The notes: generated by a model not told the origin, from the sequence alone. Counted from the first letter of the stretch, positions 36,454 to 45,660 are shown. The stretch is DNA of 51,384 bases from Alphaproteobacteria bacterium (GCA_018969785.1 JAGWXR010000001.1:1-51384); one strand, 5' to 3'. A program made the numbers and translations.

Positions 36454-37109
36454 ACAGCGACAAGAAGACCCACGGCAACGACCTGCGCGAGAAGCTCCTG
36501 GCCGAGATCCTGCCGCATGTGGCCTTTGACGGCTGGACCGACCGCGCCCTCGCCGACGCGGCATCGCGCCTCGGCATCGACGAGGCCGAGGTGCGCATCG
36601 CGTTTCCCCGTGGCGTCGCCGACGCCATCACGTATTTCTCGCACAGGGCCGATGACGAGGCCGAAGTCCTCATCCAGGCAGCCGACCTCAAGTCGATGAA
36701 GGTCCGCGAGCGCGTGACCTTTGCCGTGCGCAAGCGCATCGAGGTGATTGCCGCGCACCGCGAGGCTGCACGGCGCGGTGCCGCGCTGTTTGCCCTTCCG
36801 CAATACGCGCTCGACGGGGCGGCCTGCGTCTACCGGACCTGCGACATGATCTGGCGCGCCATCGGGGACACCTCGACGGATTTCAACTTCTACACCAAGC
36901 GCGGCCTGCTCTCCGGCGTCCTGACCTCGACCATGATCTACTGGTTTGGTGACAACAGCGAAGGCAACGACGAGACCTGGAAGTTCCTCGACCGCCGCAT
37001 TGCCGACGTGATGCAGATCGAGAAGGTCAAGGCCGCGGTCGTCAAGGTTGCGGGCACGCTGCCCAATCCGCTGACGATCCTCGGCGCGCTGCGTTACCCC
37101 GGGCGCTAG
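36450..37109 (+). CDS. COQ9-family protein (the 'rpsU-divergently transcribed' family)
   Basis: This is ORF 36432-37109. The ATG at 36450 overlaps the def stop (ATGA). I assign the family from memory of the pattern (LL....PHV.FDGW...AL..AA...G......FP.G..D...) and from the context near rpsU. Confidence 0.78.
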   Translation: MNSDKKTHGNDLREKLLAEILPHVAFDGWTDRALADAASRLGIDEAEVRIAFPRGVADAITYFSHRADDEAEVLIQAADLKSMKVRERVTFAVRKRIEVIAAHREAARRGAALFALPQYALDGAACVYRTCDMIWRAIGDTSTDFNFYTKRGLLSGVLTSTMIYWFGDNSEGNDETWKFLDRRIADVMQIEKVKAAVVKVAGTLPNPLTILGALRYPGR

Positions 37110-38218
37110 TCGGCAGGCCTGAGCCCCAGCGGATAGAGCCGCGTCACGTGGCCCATCTTGCGCCCGGCGCGCGCATCGCCTTTGCCATAGTGGTGTACCG
37201 CCGTCGATGGTTGCGCCGCCAGTTCCTGCCAGCGCTCGATCTCGTCCCCGAGCAGGTTTGTCATCACCGCATCCGAGTGGCGGACCGGGTCACCGAGCGG
37301 CCAGCCCGCCACCGCACGCATGTGCTGCTCGAATTGGCTGACCGTGCAGGCATCGATCGTCCAGTGGCCTGAATTATGGACACGCGGCGCGATCTCGTTG
37401 ACCAGCAGCCCACCGGCCTCGGTCTCGAACAGCTCGACCCCCATCACGCCGACATAGTCGAAGGCCGCAAGCAGTGTCTCGGCGATGCGGCGGGCCTCGC
37501 CGCGCGTGCGTGCCGACGCGCGCGCCGGCGCCAGCGTCGTGCGCAGGATGTGGTTCTCGTGCCTGTTTTCGACCAGGTCATAACAGGCCACGCGCCCGTC
37601 GATGCCGCGCGCTGCAACAAGCGACAGCTCGCGCCTGAACGCGACGAAACCCTCGAGGATGCAGGGCGCGCGATGCAGCGCCTCCCAGGCCGGCACAAGC
37701 TCGCGCGCGGTACGCACCATGCGCTGGCCCTTGCCGTCATAGCCGAACCGCGCTGTCTTGAGTACGGCCGGCAGGCCCGTGACCGCGGGCGCATCCGCGA
37801 GCGCAGCCTCGTTGTCCACCGCCACGAACGGAGCCGTTCCAATCCCGGCTTTTCTCACGAAGGTCTTCTCGGCCACCCGGTCCTGGATCACGCCAAGCGC
37901 TAGCGGCGAGGGCCGCACGGCCCGCAGCCGGGCGAGGAGGGCGGCCGTGTCAGCAGGCACGTTCTCGAACTCATAGGTGATGACATCGACCCGCCGCGCA
38001 AAGTCCGCGAGCGCCGCATGGTCCTCGTAGGCGGCGACCAGATGCCAGTCGCTCACCTGGAATGCCGATGAGCCGTCCTCCGGTGAATAGATCGCGCATT
38101 TCAGGCCGAGCCGCGCCGCCGCCATGGCGAGCATGCGCCCCAGCTGTCCACCGCCGAGGATCCCGATCGTGCCTCCCGGACGCACGACGCGCATGCTCTC
38201 AGCGGCCATTGTCTTCAT
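37106..38218 (-). CDS. purK: 5-(carboxyamino)imidazole ribonucleotide synthase
   Basis: This is ORF 37106-38446. It has the motif [14 protein letters not shown] and an ATP-grasp body. Candidate starts are 38218, 38209 and 38194. The longer N-terminal extension overlaps purE and is rejected. Confidence 0.9.
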   Translation of the reverse strand: MKTMAAESMRVVRPGGTIGILGGGQLGRMLAMAAARLGLKCAIYSPEDGSSAFQVSDWHLVAAYEDHAALADFARRVDVITYEFENVPADTAALLARLRAVRPSPLALGVIQDRVAEKTFVRKAGIGTAPFVAVDNEAALADAPAVTGLPAVLKTARFGYDGKGQRMVRTARELVPAWEALHRAPCILEGFVAFRRELSLVAARGIDGRVACYDLVENRHENHILRTTLAPARASARTRGEARRIAETLLAAFDYVGVMGVELFETEAGGLLVNEIAPRVHNSGHWTIDACTVSQFEQHMRAVAGWPLGDPVRHSDAVMTNLLGDEIERWQELAAQPSTAVHHYGKGDARAGRKMGHVTRLYPLGLRPAD

Positions 38219-38729
38219 CGAAGGGTGCTTCCGGCACGTCGGCCGTCTGCCGGGCACGGAAGGCGTCGAGGCGCTTTGCCAGTTCCTTGTCGCCAAGTGC
38301 AAGGATCGCCGCCGCAAGCAGGCCTGCGTTCTTCGCACCCGGCTTGCCGATCGCAAGCGTCCCGACCGGCACGCCGCCGGGCATCTGCACGATGGACAAC
38401 AGGCTGTCCATCCCGTTGAGGCCTGTGGCGGCCACGGGCACGCCAAGCACGGGCAGGGTCGTCATGGAGGACGCCATGCCCGGCAGGTGCGCAGCACCGC
38501 CGGCCCCTGCGATGATGACCTTCAGGCCCCGCGCCCGGGCACCCTTGGCATAGGCAAACAGGCGATCGGGCGTGCGGTGGGCCGAGACGACCCGCACCTC
38601 GTGCCTGACGCCCAGTTTTTCCAGAATGTCGGCAGCCTCCGACATCACGGACCAGTCAGACCGGCTGCCCATGATGATGCCGACATCGGCCTGCGATCGT
38701 TCGCTCGTGGGATTGGGTTTGGTGGCCAT
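38199..38729 (-). CDS. purE: 5-(carboxyamino)imidazole ribonucleotide mutase
   Basis: This is ORF 38199-38936. It has the motifs [17 protein letters not shown] and [10 protein letters not shown]. The start is ATG 38729 (MATKPNP). Confidence 0.93.
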   Translation of the reverse strand: MATKPNPTSERSQADVGIIMGSRSDWSVMSEAADILEKLGVRHEVRVVSAHRTPDRLFAYAKGARARGLKVIIAGAGGAAHLPGMASSMTTLPVLGVPVAATGLNGMDSLLSIVQMPGGVPVGTLAIGKPGAKNAGLLAAAILALGDKELAKRLDAFRARQTADVPEAPFDEDNGR

Positions 38730-38795
38730 GACGGCCTTGCGCTTCCTGATATGTGCCTGCGGAACCCGTTGTCCCCGGCACGTGAGAAGCGCCGC

Positions 38796-38823
38796 ATTAT
38801 AATGGTTTGGCCCGTCCAGTGAA
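38796..38823 (-). promoter_or_regulatory. Candidate sigma-70 promoter for purEK
   Basis: On the minus strand it reads TTCACT, a 16-nt spacer, then a perfect TATAAT (complement of 38796-38801). It lies about 67 nt upstream of the purE ATG. Confidence 0.35.
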
Positions 38824-38919
38824 ATCCGGAAGTCTGCCGTCGTTAAGCAATTGGTCGCAGTTTTTCTGTTAACGATTCGTGACGGCGGTTCCGCCCGCCT
38901 TGCGCTATACTGGGAAGGC

Positions 38920-39657
38920 ATGAAGGTAACAGGCAACCGCCCCGGTTCAGTCTCTGGCGCCTCCGGCGTCAGCGCCTACACGTCCGTCCAGAAGGCAACG
39001 TCAGCGGGTCAGGCCACCCCGGCCCGCGCCCCAGGCGAGGTCGCATCGGTCCTGGGCATCCCCGAGGGCGAATTCACCCCGCGCGTCCGCGACGCCATCA
39101 TGACCCTGATGGGAGAGGTCGACCGCCTGCGTGTCGAGCTCGAGCAGATGCGCAGCCAGTTCGAGTCGATCCAGGCCCTGGCCGATCAGGACGCACTCGT
39201 GCCTCTGCTGAACCGTCGCGCCTTCGTGCGCGAGATGTCACGCATCCTCGATTTCGGAGAGCGCTACGACCTGACCGCCTCGATCGTCTACTTCGACCTC
39301 AACGGCTTCAAGGCCGTCAACGACAGTTTCGGTCACGCCGCCGGCGATGCTGTCTTGCGGCACGTGGCCAGGATCCTGACAGACAACGTCCGCGAGTCCG
39401 ACGTGATCGGCCGCCTCGGCGGCGACGAGTTCGGCCTGATCATGGCCAAGGCCGACCGGGAGGCCGCCGAACGCAAGGCAGCATTCCTCGCCGCGGAACT
39501 CTCCCGCACGCCCTTCGAGTGGAATGGCCAGAAGATTGCACTGTCGATGACGCACGGCGTCCACGTCTTCCAGAAGGGCGAGAACGTCGACGGCGCGATG
39601 GAGAACGCCGACCGTGCCATGTACAACGCCAAGGGCGGGGCACGGCCCAAGACCTGA
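38920..39657 (+). CDS. Diguanylate cyclase (GGDEF domain with intact active site and I-site)
   Basis: This is ORF 38851-39657. The ATG at 38920 has GGGAAGG upstream. The active-site motif is RLGGDEFGL. An RxxD motif (RESD) lies five residues upstream of GGDEF. The N-terminal ~90 aa is a low-complexity segment followed by a coiled-coil-like segment. Confidence 0.9.
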   Translation: MKVTGNRPGSVSGASGVSAYTSVQKATSAGQATPARAPGEVASVLGIPEGEFTPRVRDAIMTLMGEVDRLRVELEQMRSQFESIQALADQDALVPLLNRRAFVREMSRILDFGERYDLTASIVYFDLNGFKAVNDSFGHAAGDAVLRHVARILTDNVRESDVIGRLGGDEFGLIMAKADREAAERKAAFLAAELSRTPFEWNGQKIALSMTHGVHVFQKGENVDGAMENADRAMYNAKGGARPKT

Positions 39658-39664
39658 TCGCCCG

Positions 39665-39970
39665 TCAGGCGATGATGTCGGGGAGCATCGAATCTTCGAT
39701 CAGGGTAATCTGGTCCTTCAGCATGAGCTTGCGCTTCTTCAGCCGCTTGAGCAGCAGCTGGTCGCTTGCTGCGCTCGTCACCAGCGCCTGGATTTCGTCA
39801 TCGAGTTCCCGGTGCTGCCGCTTGAGGTCGGCAAGTTGCTGCAGCGTCGCCCTGTCGACCGTGGACGGATCGACGCCTTCCGGCAGCAGGTCCATTGCAT
39901 CGGCCTGCAGGCCCCCGACCAGCGTCAACTGCGGAGGATCCTTGTTGTCGTTGTTGTGAGAGGATCCCAT
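39665..39970 (-). CDS. DUF465 (YdcH-like) protein, long form
   Basis: This is ORF 39665-40012. The C-terminal half LKRQHRELDDEI...LLLKRLKKRKLMLKDQI is the DUF465 signature. The start is ATG 39970, which has GAAGG upstream. Confidence 0.75.
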   Translation of the reverse strand: MGSSHNNDNKDPPQLTLVGGLQADAMDLLPEGVDPSTVDRATLQQLADLKRQHRELDDEIQALVTSAASDQLLLKRLKKRKLMLKDQITLIEDSMLPDIIA

Positions 39971-40027
39971 GACCTTCGCATTAGCCCGAGGGGAGAAAGA
40001 CAGCGCGTGCAAGACAATACCACATGT

Positions 40028-40071
40028 CGCGGCCAGCTTCTCTCGCAGTCACAAGAAGCGGCCAGGCCGCG
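40028..40071. repeat. Extended imperfect hairpin / dyad (CGCGGCC-a-GCTTCT ... AGAAGC-ggcca-GGCCGCG)
   Basis: I read it directly. The outer arms are 7 bp, the inner arms 6 bp, and the loop is 12 nt. It lies in the divergent region between the two DUF465 genes. Confidence 0.5.
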
Positions 40072-40177
40072 TGCTCTTGCGAAGCGGAAGCAGTGCACCG
40101 CAACATGGTGCCGATTAACACAAAATTTGTTACCGCCTCAACATCGCCGCTGACAAATGCACTGTTTTGTGTTCCTG

Positions 40178-40207
40178 TTGACGTCTCAAAGCACGGAGGC
40201 ACGTCAA
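40178..40207 (+). promoter_or_regulatory. Hairpin TTGACGT-N16-ACGTCAA enclosing the Shine-Dalgarno sequence of the short DUF465 gene
   Basis: The 7-bp arms are exact complements. The loop contains GGAGG (40195-40199). The last stem base is the A of the ATG at 40207. Confidence 0.4.
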
Positions 40208-40380
40208 TGGGCCTAGAGTCGCATATCCAGGAGCTTACGGATAGGCATTACAAACTCGAAGAACAGATCAGGGATGAGCAGCACCGACCCCACCCTGACG
40301 ACATAGTGCTGGCGGAGTTGAAAAAGAAGAAGTTGCGTCTGAAGGAAGAGATCCAGCGACTGAAGCTCGAGATCCAGTAA
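40207..40380 (+). CDS. DUF465 (YdcH-like) protein, short form (57 aa)
   Basis: This is the 3' end of ORF 40024-40380. The product is MGLESHIQELTDRHYKLEEQIRDEQHRPHPDDIVLAELKKKKLRLKEEIQRLK. GGAGG lies 7 nt upstream of the ATG. Confidence 0.8.
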   Translation: MGLESHIQELTDRHYKLEEQIRDEQHRPHPDDIVLAELKKKKLRLKEEIQRLKLEIQ

Positions 40381-40404
40381 CCAGGACAATCCGGTTTTTC
40401 ATAT

Positions 40405-40440
40405 CGCCCCCGGCGCATCGCGCGCTTCGGGGGCGTTTTC
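40405..40440 (+). terminator. Rho-independent terminator after the short DUF465 gene
   Basis: The stem CGCCCCCG ... CGGGGGCG is followed by TTTTC. It begins 24 nt after the stop codon. Confidence 0.65.
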
Positions 40441-40452
40441 GTGTCTGGGGGC

Positions 40453-42093
40453 TCAGGTCTTCAGCGCCATGTCGCGCAGCTTGAATTTCTGGATCTTGCC
40501 GGTCGAGGTCTTCGGCAATTCGCAGAACACCACGGTGCGGGGCACCTTGTAGCCGGCAATGTGGCTGCGCACGAAGGCGATGATCTCCTCCGCTGTCGCG
40601 CTCGCCCCCTTCTTGAGCTCGATGAACGCAACCGGCGTCTCGCCCCATTTCTCGTCCGGTTTCCCGGCGACCCCCGCAAGACCCACCGCCGGATGCTTCA
40701 TCAGGACGTCTTCCACCTCGATCGACGAGATGTTCTCGCCGCCAGAGATGATGATGTCCTTCGACCGGTCCTTGAGCTGGATATACCCATCCTTGTGCCA
40801 CACGCCGAGATCGCCCGAATGGAACCATCCATCCTTGAAGGCGGCAGCTGATGCTGACGGGTTCTTCAGGTAGCCCTTCATCACCACGTTGCCGCGGAAG
40901 AAGACCTCGCCCATCGTCTGCCCGTCGCGCGGGACGTCTTTCATGGTCTCGGGATCCTTCACGGCCAGGGCCTCGAGCACGGTGTAGCGCACGCCCTGTC
41001 GTGCCTTGATCCGCGCCCGCTCCTCAAGGTCGTGCGCATCCCATTCCTCATGCCACGCATTGACCACGGCTGGGCCATAGGTCTCGGTCAGGCCATAGAC
41101 ATGGTGCACCTGGAAGCCGGCAGCCTCCATGCGCGCCAGCGTCGCCGCCGGGGGAGGGGCCGCCGCAGTCATGAACTCGATCCTGGTCGTTAGGGGCTTG
41201 CGCTCCTCCTCGGTCGCATCGACCAGCATGCTCATGACGATCGGGGCGCCGCACATGTGGGTGACCCCGTAGCGCACGCAGGCATCATACATGTTGGCCG
41301 CCGTCACGCGGCGAAGGCACACATGCGTCCCCGCCACCACCGAGATCGTCCACGTGAAGCACCAGCCATTGCAATGGAACATCGGCAGCGACCAGAGATA
41401 GACGGGATGCGCCCGGATCGACGCCGAGATCACGTTCCCGAGCGCAAGCAGGTAGGCGCCGCGCGAGTGGAAGACGACCCCCTTCGGGTTGCCCGTCGTG
41501 CCGCTCGTGTAGTTCAGCGCAATCGCCTGCCACTCGTCTTTCGGCAGCGACCATTCGAAATCCGGATCACCGGTCTCCAGGAAGGCTTCGTATTCGATCT
41601 CGCCGATCATTTCGCCGCCCTTGAAGAAGGGGTCATCGATCCCGACGAGATAGGGCTTGGCCTTGCAGAGCTTCAGCGCTTCACGGGCAAGGGCGCCAAA
41701 CTCACGGTCCACCATCAGCACCCGCGCCTCGCCGTGGTCGAGGATGAAGGCAATTTCCTGCGCGCTGAGGCGATAGTTGATCGCGTTCAGCACGCCGCCT
41801 GTCATCATGACGCCGTAATGCGCGTCGAGCATCGCCGGGATGTTGGGGGCAAGGACCGACACCGTGTCGCCGGTCCCGATCCCGCGCTTCGACAGGGCCG
41901 AGGCCAGCCGGCGGCAGCGCGCGTAGAACGTCGCATAGCTGTAGCTGTTCTCGCCATGCAGGATCGCCGTGCGCTCAGGGTAGACGAGGGCTGCCCGTTC
42001 GAGGAAGCTCAGGGGCGAAAGCGCCTGGAAGTTGGCGGGGTTCTTGTCGAGATCGGTCTCGTACGGGTTTCGGTGTCCGGTCGCGGCGGTCAT
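40453..42093 (-). CDS. AMP-forming acyl-CoA synthetase (ANL superfamily)
   Basis: This is ORF 40453-42240. The motifs are YTSGTTGNPKGV, YGLTET, GWFHSGDLG and PKTSTGKIQK. The start is ATG 42093 (MTAATGH). Confidence 0.9.
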   Translation of the reverse strand: MTAATGHRNPYETDLDKNPANFQALSPLSFLERAALVYPERTAILHGENSYSYATFYARCRRLASALSKRGIGTGDTVSVLAPNIPAMLDAHYGVMMTGGVLNAINYRLSAQEIAFILDHGEARVLMVDREFGALAREALKLCKAKPYLVGIDDPFFKGGEMIGEIEYEAFLETGDPDFEWSLPKDEWQAIALNYTSGTTGNPKGVVFHSRGAYLLALGNVISASIRAHPVYLWSLPMFHCNGWCFTWTISVVAGTHVCLRRVTAANMYDACVRYGVTHMCGAPIVMSMLVDATEEERKPLTTRIEFMTAAAPPPAATLARMEAAGFQVHHVYGLTETYGPAVVNAWHEEWDAHDLEERARIKARQGVRYTVLEALAVKDPETMKDVPRDGQTMGEVFFRGNVVMKGYLKNPSASAAAFKDGWFHSGDLGVWHKDGYIQLKDRSKDIIISGGENISSIEVEDVLMKHPAVGLAGVAGKPDEKWGETPVAFIELKKGASATAEEIIAFVRSHIAGYKVPRTVVFCELPKTSTGKIQKFKLRDMALKT

Positions 42094-42277
42094 GGTGTCT
42101 CCCCACTCAGGATGAAGCGTCGGGGCGCAAACTAGCCAAGCGCTGCCGACCGGGCAACGTTCCCGCCTGCCGGGGCGAGCCCAGGGCTTGGCGGCCCGGA
42201 ATGGACCCTGCGGCAGAGCGCCCCGCGTGACCCTTGTCACTGGCTGCGCCTTTCAGGCGGGGATAAGAACCGCCCCC

Positions 42278-43528
42278 ATGTCGACACGCGTGACCTTCCC
42301 CGACATCGCCCGCATCTTTGCGCTGCTGGCAACAGCCGTGATCATGCTGCTTGCCAACGGGCTGCAGGGCACCCTCGTGCCCGTCAGGGCCCATGCCGAG
42401 GGCTTCTCGAGCACGGCGATCGCGCTGATGGGCTCGGCCTATTTCGTGGGCTTCATTGCCGGCTGCTGGTTTTCACCCCGCCTGACGGCGCGCGTCGGGC
42501 AGATCCGGACCTTTGCAGTTCTCGGGGCCATGACGGCAGCACTCGTCCTCGTCCACGCGCTGGTGATCTCACCCCTCGTATGGGCCGCCCTGCGGGCAGG
42601 TATCGGCTTCTGTGCTGCAGGCATGTTCGCCGTGCTCGAGGCCTGGCTGAACCAGCAGGCGGCAAACGCGATCCGGGGCCGGATCTTCACGATCTATGCG
42701 ACCCTCAACAATCTCGCGCTGATGGGCGGGCAGTTCCTGTTCACCCTCGCGGATCCCGGGACCCACGTCCTCTTTTCGGTCTGCGCCATCCTGACCATGA
42801 TGTGCCTCCTGCCTGTCGGCCTGACCCGCCAGGAAGAGCCTCCACGCCCGCAGACAGTCAGCCTGCACCTCGCGCGCCTGTACCAGCTCTCGCCCGTCGG
42901 CATGATGGGTGCAATCGTGGTGGGGCTTGTCTCTGGCGCGTTCTGGACGCTCGCGCCGGTCTACGCTGGCCACCGCGGCATGACGGACCACGGGATCGCA
43001 CTGTTCATGTCGGCCGTGATCCTTGGCGGTGCGATGGCGCAGTGGCCGCTGGGCAGGCTCTCGGACCGCATGGACCGGCGCTACGTGATCGGCATCTGCG
43101 CCGCCCTTGCGGCCGTCGCAGGCCTCGTGCTCGCAACACCGTCGCCATGGGCAGCCTATGCCTCGCTATGGCTCTTCGCCGGAGGCACACTCTACGGCGC
43201 CACGGCCTTCCCGATCGGATCGCTGACCAATGCGCATCTCAACGACCATGCCCGCCGTGAGGAGATGACACAGGTCGCCTCAAGCAACCTGTTCGTCTAT
43301 GGCGCCGCGGCTGCGTTGGGTCCGGTCGTGGCCGCCGGCGTCATCGCCGCAGCAGGCCTAGACGCGATCTTCTTGTATACGGCGCTGATGCACGCGCTGT
43401 TCGTGGGTTTTGTGATCTACCGCCTGGCCCGGCGAGGACCTGTTCCGGCCGCCCAGCGCGAACCTTTCGAGGTCGAGACCATCCAGCCCGCCCCGATGCA
43501 TGTGAACCCGCAGGCAGCGGGCACCTGA
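42278..43528 (+). CDS. MFS transporter
   Basis: This is ORF 42188-43528. The ATG at 42278 gives MSTRVTFPDIARIF. About 12 hydrophobic segments are present. Confidence 0.85.
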   Translation: MSTRVTFPDIARIFALLATAVIMLLANGLQGTLVPVRAHAEGFSSTAIALMGSAYFVGFIAGCWFSPRLTARVGQIRTFAVLGAMTAALVLVHALVISPLVWAALRAGIGFCAAGMFAVLEAWLNQQAANAIRGRIFTIYATLNNLALMGGQFLFTLADPGTHVLFSVCAILTMMCLLPVGLTRQEEPPRPQTVSLHLARLYQLSPVGMMGAIVVGLVSGAFWTLAPVYAGHRGMTDHGIALFMSAVILGGAMAQWPLGRLSDRMDRRYVIGICAALAAVAGLVLATPSPWAAYASLWLFAGGTLYGATAFPIGSLTNAHLNDHARREEMTQVASSNLFVYGAAAALGPVVAAGVIAAAGLDAIFLYTALMHALFVGFVIYRLARRGPVPAAQREPFEVETIQPAPMHVNPQAAGT

Positions 43529-43551
43529 GTGCCGCGGGCCAGCCGCGGCAC
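43529..43551. terminator. Perfect 9-bp hairpin between convergent genes (no U-tract)
   Basis: It reads GTGCCGCGG-gccag-CCGCGGCAC and starts immediately after the MFS stop, 15 nt from the opposing stop. Neither strand has a T-run, so intrinsic termination is uncertain. Confidence 0.35.
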
Positions 43552-43565
43552 GTCAGGAAAGCAGG

Positions 43566-44243
43566 TTACGGCTTGTCGCTCCGCGCACGCTGGAACGAGG
43601 CAAACACCGAAGCCGGATCGTACTTCATCTGCGGGGCGTCCTCTTCGCCCTCCGGCTTCACGGCCTCGCTCGCGGGCTTTAGCGTCGAGCCCTTGACCTC
43701 AGCCAATGTCACCCGCGGCTTGCGCGCGGCTGCCTTCTCGACCGCAAGGTCGAGCTCGAGCTGCGAGCAGAGGCTGAGCGTGACCGGATCGACCGGCTTG
43801 ATGTTCGTGATGTTCCAGTGCGAGCGGTTGCGGATGGCCTGGATCGTCGACTTCGTCGTGCCCACGAGCTTGCCGATCTCCGCATCCGTGAGTTCCGGAT
43901 GATTGCGCACCAGCCACGCGATGGCGTCCGGACGGTCCTGACGGCGCGAGACGGGCGTGTAGCGCTGGCGCCCCTTGGTCGCGGCCGAGGGCATTTCCAC
44001 CGCGGACTTGTTCATCACGAGCCGCTTGTTGGGATCCTTCTCCGCCGCCGCGATTTCCTCGCGCGTCAGCTGGCCCATCATCACCGGGTCGAGCGGCGTG
44101 ATCTTCTCGGGATGCGCATCGTCGGCCATCGCCTTGATCTCGAGCGGATGAAGGCCGCAGAAGGTCGCGATCTGCTCGAAGGTCAGCGTAGTCTCGTTGA
44201 TCAGCCACATGGCCGTCGCCTTGGGCATCAGGGGCTTCGTCAT
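43566..44243 (-). CDS. DUF1013 family protein (TrcR-like putative cell-cycle regulator)
   Basis: This is a 225-aa ORF. The N-terminus PLMPKATAMWLINETTLTFEQIATFCGLHPLEIK matches the DUF1013 pattern as I recall it. Confidence 0.75.
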   Translation of the reverse strand: MTKPLMPKATAMWLINETTLTFEQIATFCGLHPLEIKAMADDAHPEKITPLDPVMMGQLTREEIAAAEKDPNKRLVMNKSAVEMPSAATKGRQRYTPVSRRQDRPDAIAWLVRNHPELTDAEIGKLVGTTKSTIQAIRNRSHWNITNIKPVDPVTLSLCSQLELDLAVEKAAARKPRVTLAEVKGSTLKPASEAVKPEGEEDAPQMKYDPASVFASFQRARSDKP

Positions 44244-44382
44244 CGGTCAATACCTCTCCGTTCGGCGCCAGCGCATTTTCCAGCGCCAGCCCAGGAAATT
44301 CACCTTGGGTTTAAGGGAGTTTCGATGGCGCCCTTATAGTCGTTTGCGCCCGCCGAGGGAAGGGGAACCGGCATGGCCCCGC

Positions 44383-45381
44383 TCAGGGCGTCAACAGGAT
44401 CTTCCCGATGTGGCTGGATCCCGCCATTTTGACGTGGGCGGCTGCGACATCAGCCATGGCAAACACGCTGTCAACCACGGGCTTCACCCGCCCGCTCTCG
44501 ATCAGGGGCCAGACATGGGCCTGGACCGACCGCGCGATCTCGCCCTTCTCGGCGTGGCTGCGTGCGCGCAGTGTTGATCCTGTAATCGTCAGCCGCTTCA
44601 GCATCATCGGCAGGAGGTTCAGCGTGGCCTGCGCACCGTTCTGGAAGGCGATGTTGACCAGTCGCCCCTCCAGCTTCAGCAGGTTGAAGTTCTTGCCGAT
44701 GTAGTCGCCGCCCACCATGTCCAGGATGACATCGACGCCGGCCCCGCCCGTTTCGGCCCGGATGACCTCCTCGAAATCGGCCTCGCGATAGTTCACGGCC
44801 CGCGCAGCGCCGAGGCGCTCGCACGCGGCACATTTGTCGGCCGAGCCCGCCGTGGTGAACACCCGGTGGCCGCGCGCGGCAAAGACCTGGATTGCCGCCG
44901 TGCCGATACCGCTTGAGCCGCCATGGACGAGCAGCGTCTCGCCAGCCTTCAGGCGGGCGCGGTCGACCACATTTGTCCAGACCGTGAAGTGGGCCTCCGG
45001 AAGCGCCGCCGCATCGACCGCCGAGACACCCTTGGGAACGGGCAGGGCGCTGTCCTCGTGCACGACGCAGAACTCCGCGTAGCCCCCGCCGGCCACAAGC
45101 CCGCACACCACGTCACCCACCTTGTGGCGCGTCACGTGCGCGCCCGTTGCGACAACCGTGCCCGACGCCTCAAGCCCGAGCGTCTGCGGCGCGCCGGGCG
45201 GCGGCGGATAGAACCCCGCAACCTGCATCAGGTCGCCACGGTTGAGCCCCGTGGCGGCAACCTTGATGAGGACATCCTCAGGCCCGGGCTGCGGCACGTC
45301 GATCTCGGTGATGACCGGCGCGGGTCTTCCGTCAATCTTGCCGGCGACGGCGGCTTTCATCTTGGCGGGAATGGTGTTCAT
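44383..45381 (-). CDS. NAD(P)H:quinone oxidoreductase (MDR superfamily, PIG3/Qor-like)
   Basis: This is a 332-aa ORF. It has the cofactor motif VHGGSSGIGTAAIQ and overall zeta-crystallin-like organisation. Confidence 0.88.
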   Translation of the reverse strand: MNTIPAKMKAAVAGKIDGRPAPVITEIDVPQPGPEDVLIKVAATGLNRGDLMQVAGFYPPPPGAPQTLGLEASGTVVATGAHVTRHKVGDVVCGLVAGGGYAEFCVVHEDSALPVPKGVSAVDAAALPEAHFTVWTNVVDRARLKAGETLLVHGGSSGIGTAAIQVFAARGHRVFTTAGSADKCAACERLGAARAVNYREADFEEVIRAETGGAGVDVILDMVGGDYIGKNFNLLKLEGRLVNIAFQNGAQATLNLLPMMLKRLTITGSTLRARSHAEKGEIARSVQAHVWPLIESGRVKPVVDSVFAMADVAAAHVKMAGSSHIGKILLTP

Positions 45382-45453
45382 CGAGAAAGGCCTCTTGAAG
45401 AAGGTAGCGCGAATGGCTTGAATTCCATCGCAGGCTGCACGATGGAGGCGAGT

Positions 45454-45639
45454 ATGGCGTGGGACGATCCCGATCCGAAACCGAAAAAGGCAACCCCCGT
45501 CGACCTCAGCCTGTTGTCGATCGAAGACTTGCAGGCGCGGATACAGGAATACCAGTCCGAAATCCGTCGCATGGAAGACGCGATCAAGGCCAAGCAGTCA
45601 CAGCGCGCCGTCGCCGAGGACCTGTTCCGCAAGGCCTGA
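45454..45639 (+). CDS. DUF1192 family protein (61 aa)
   Basis: This is the 3' end of ORF 44923-45639. The product reads DLSLLSIEDLQARIQEYQSEIRRMEDAIKAKQSQRAVAEDLFRK. The ATG at 45454 has GGAGG 5 nt upstream. Confidence 0.75.
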   Translation: MAWDDPDPKPKKATPVDLSLLSIEDLQARIQEYQSEIRRMEDAIKAKQSQRAVAEDLFRKA

Positions 45640-45660
45640 AGTGAGGGGGCGTCCCGGCCC

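Noticed and set aside
38920-39060. Possible FlgM-like (anti-sigma-28) N-terminus on the GGDEF protein
   Set aside because: The impression rests only on a low-complexity S/G/A-rich start. I cannot align real FlgM motifs by eye, so I made no claim.
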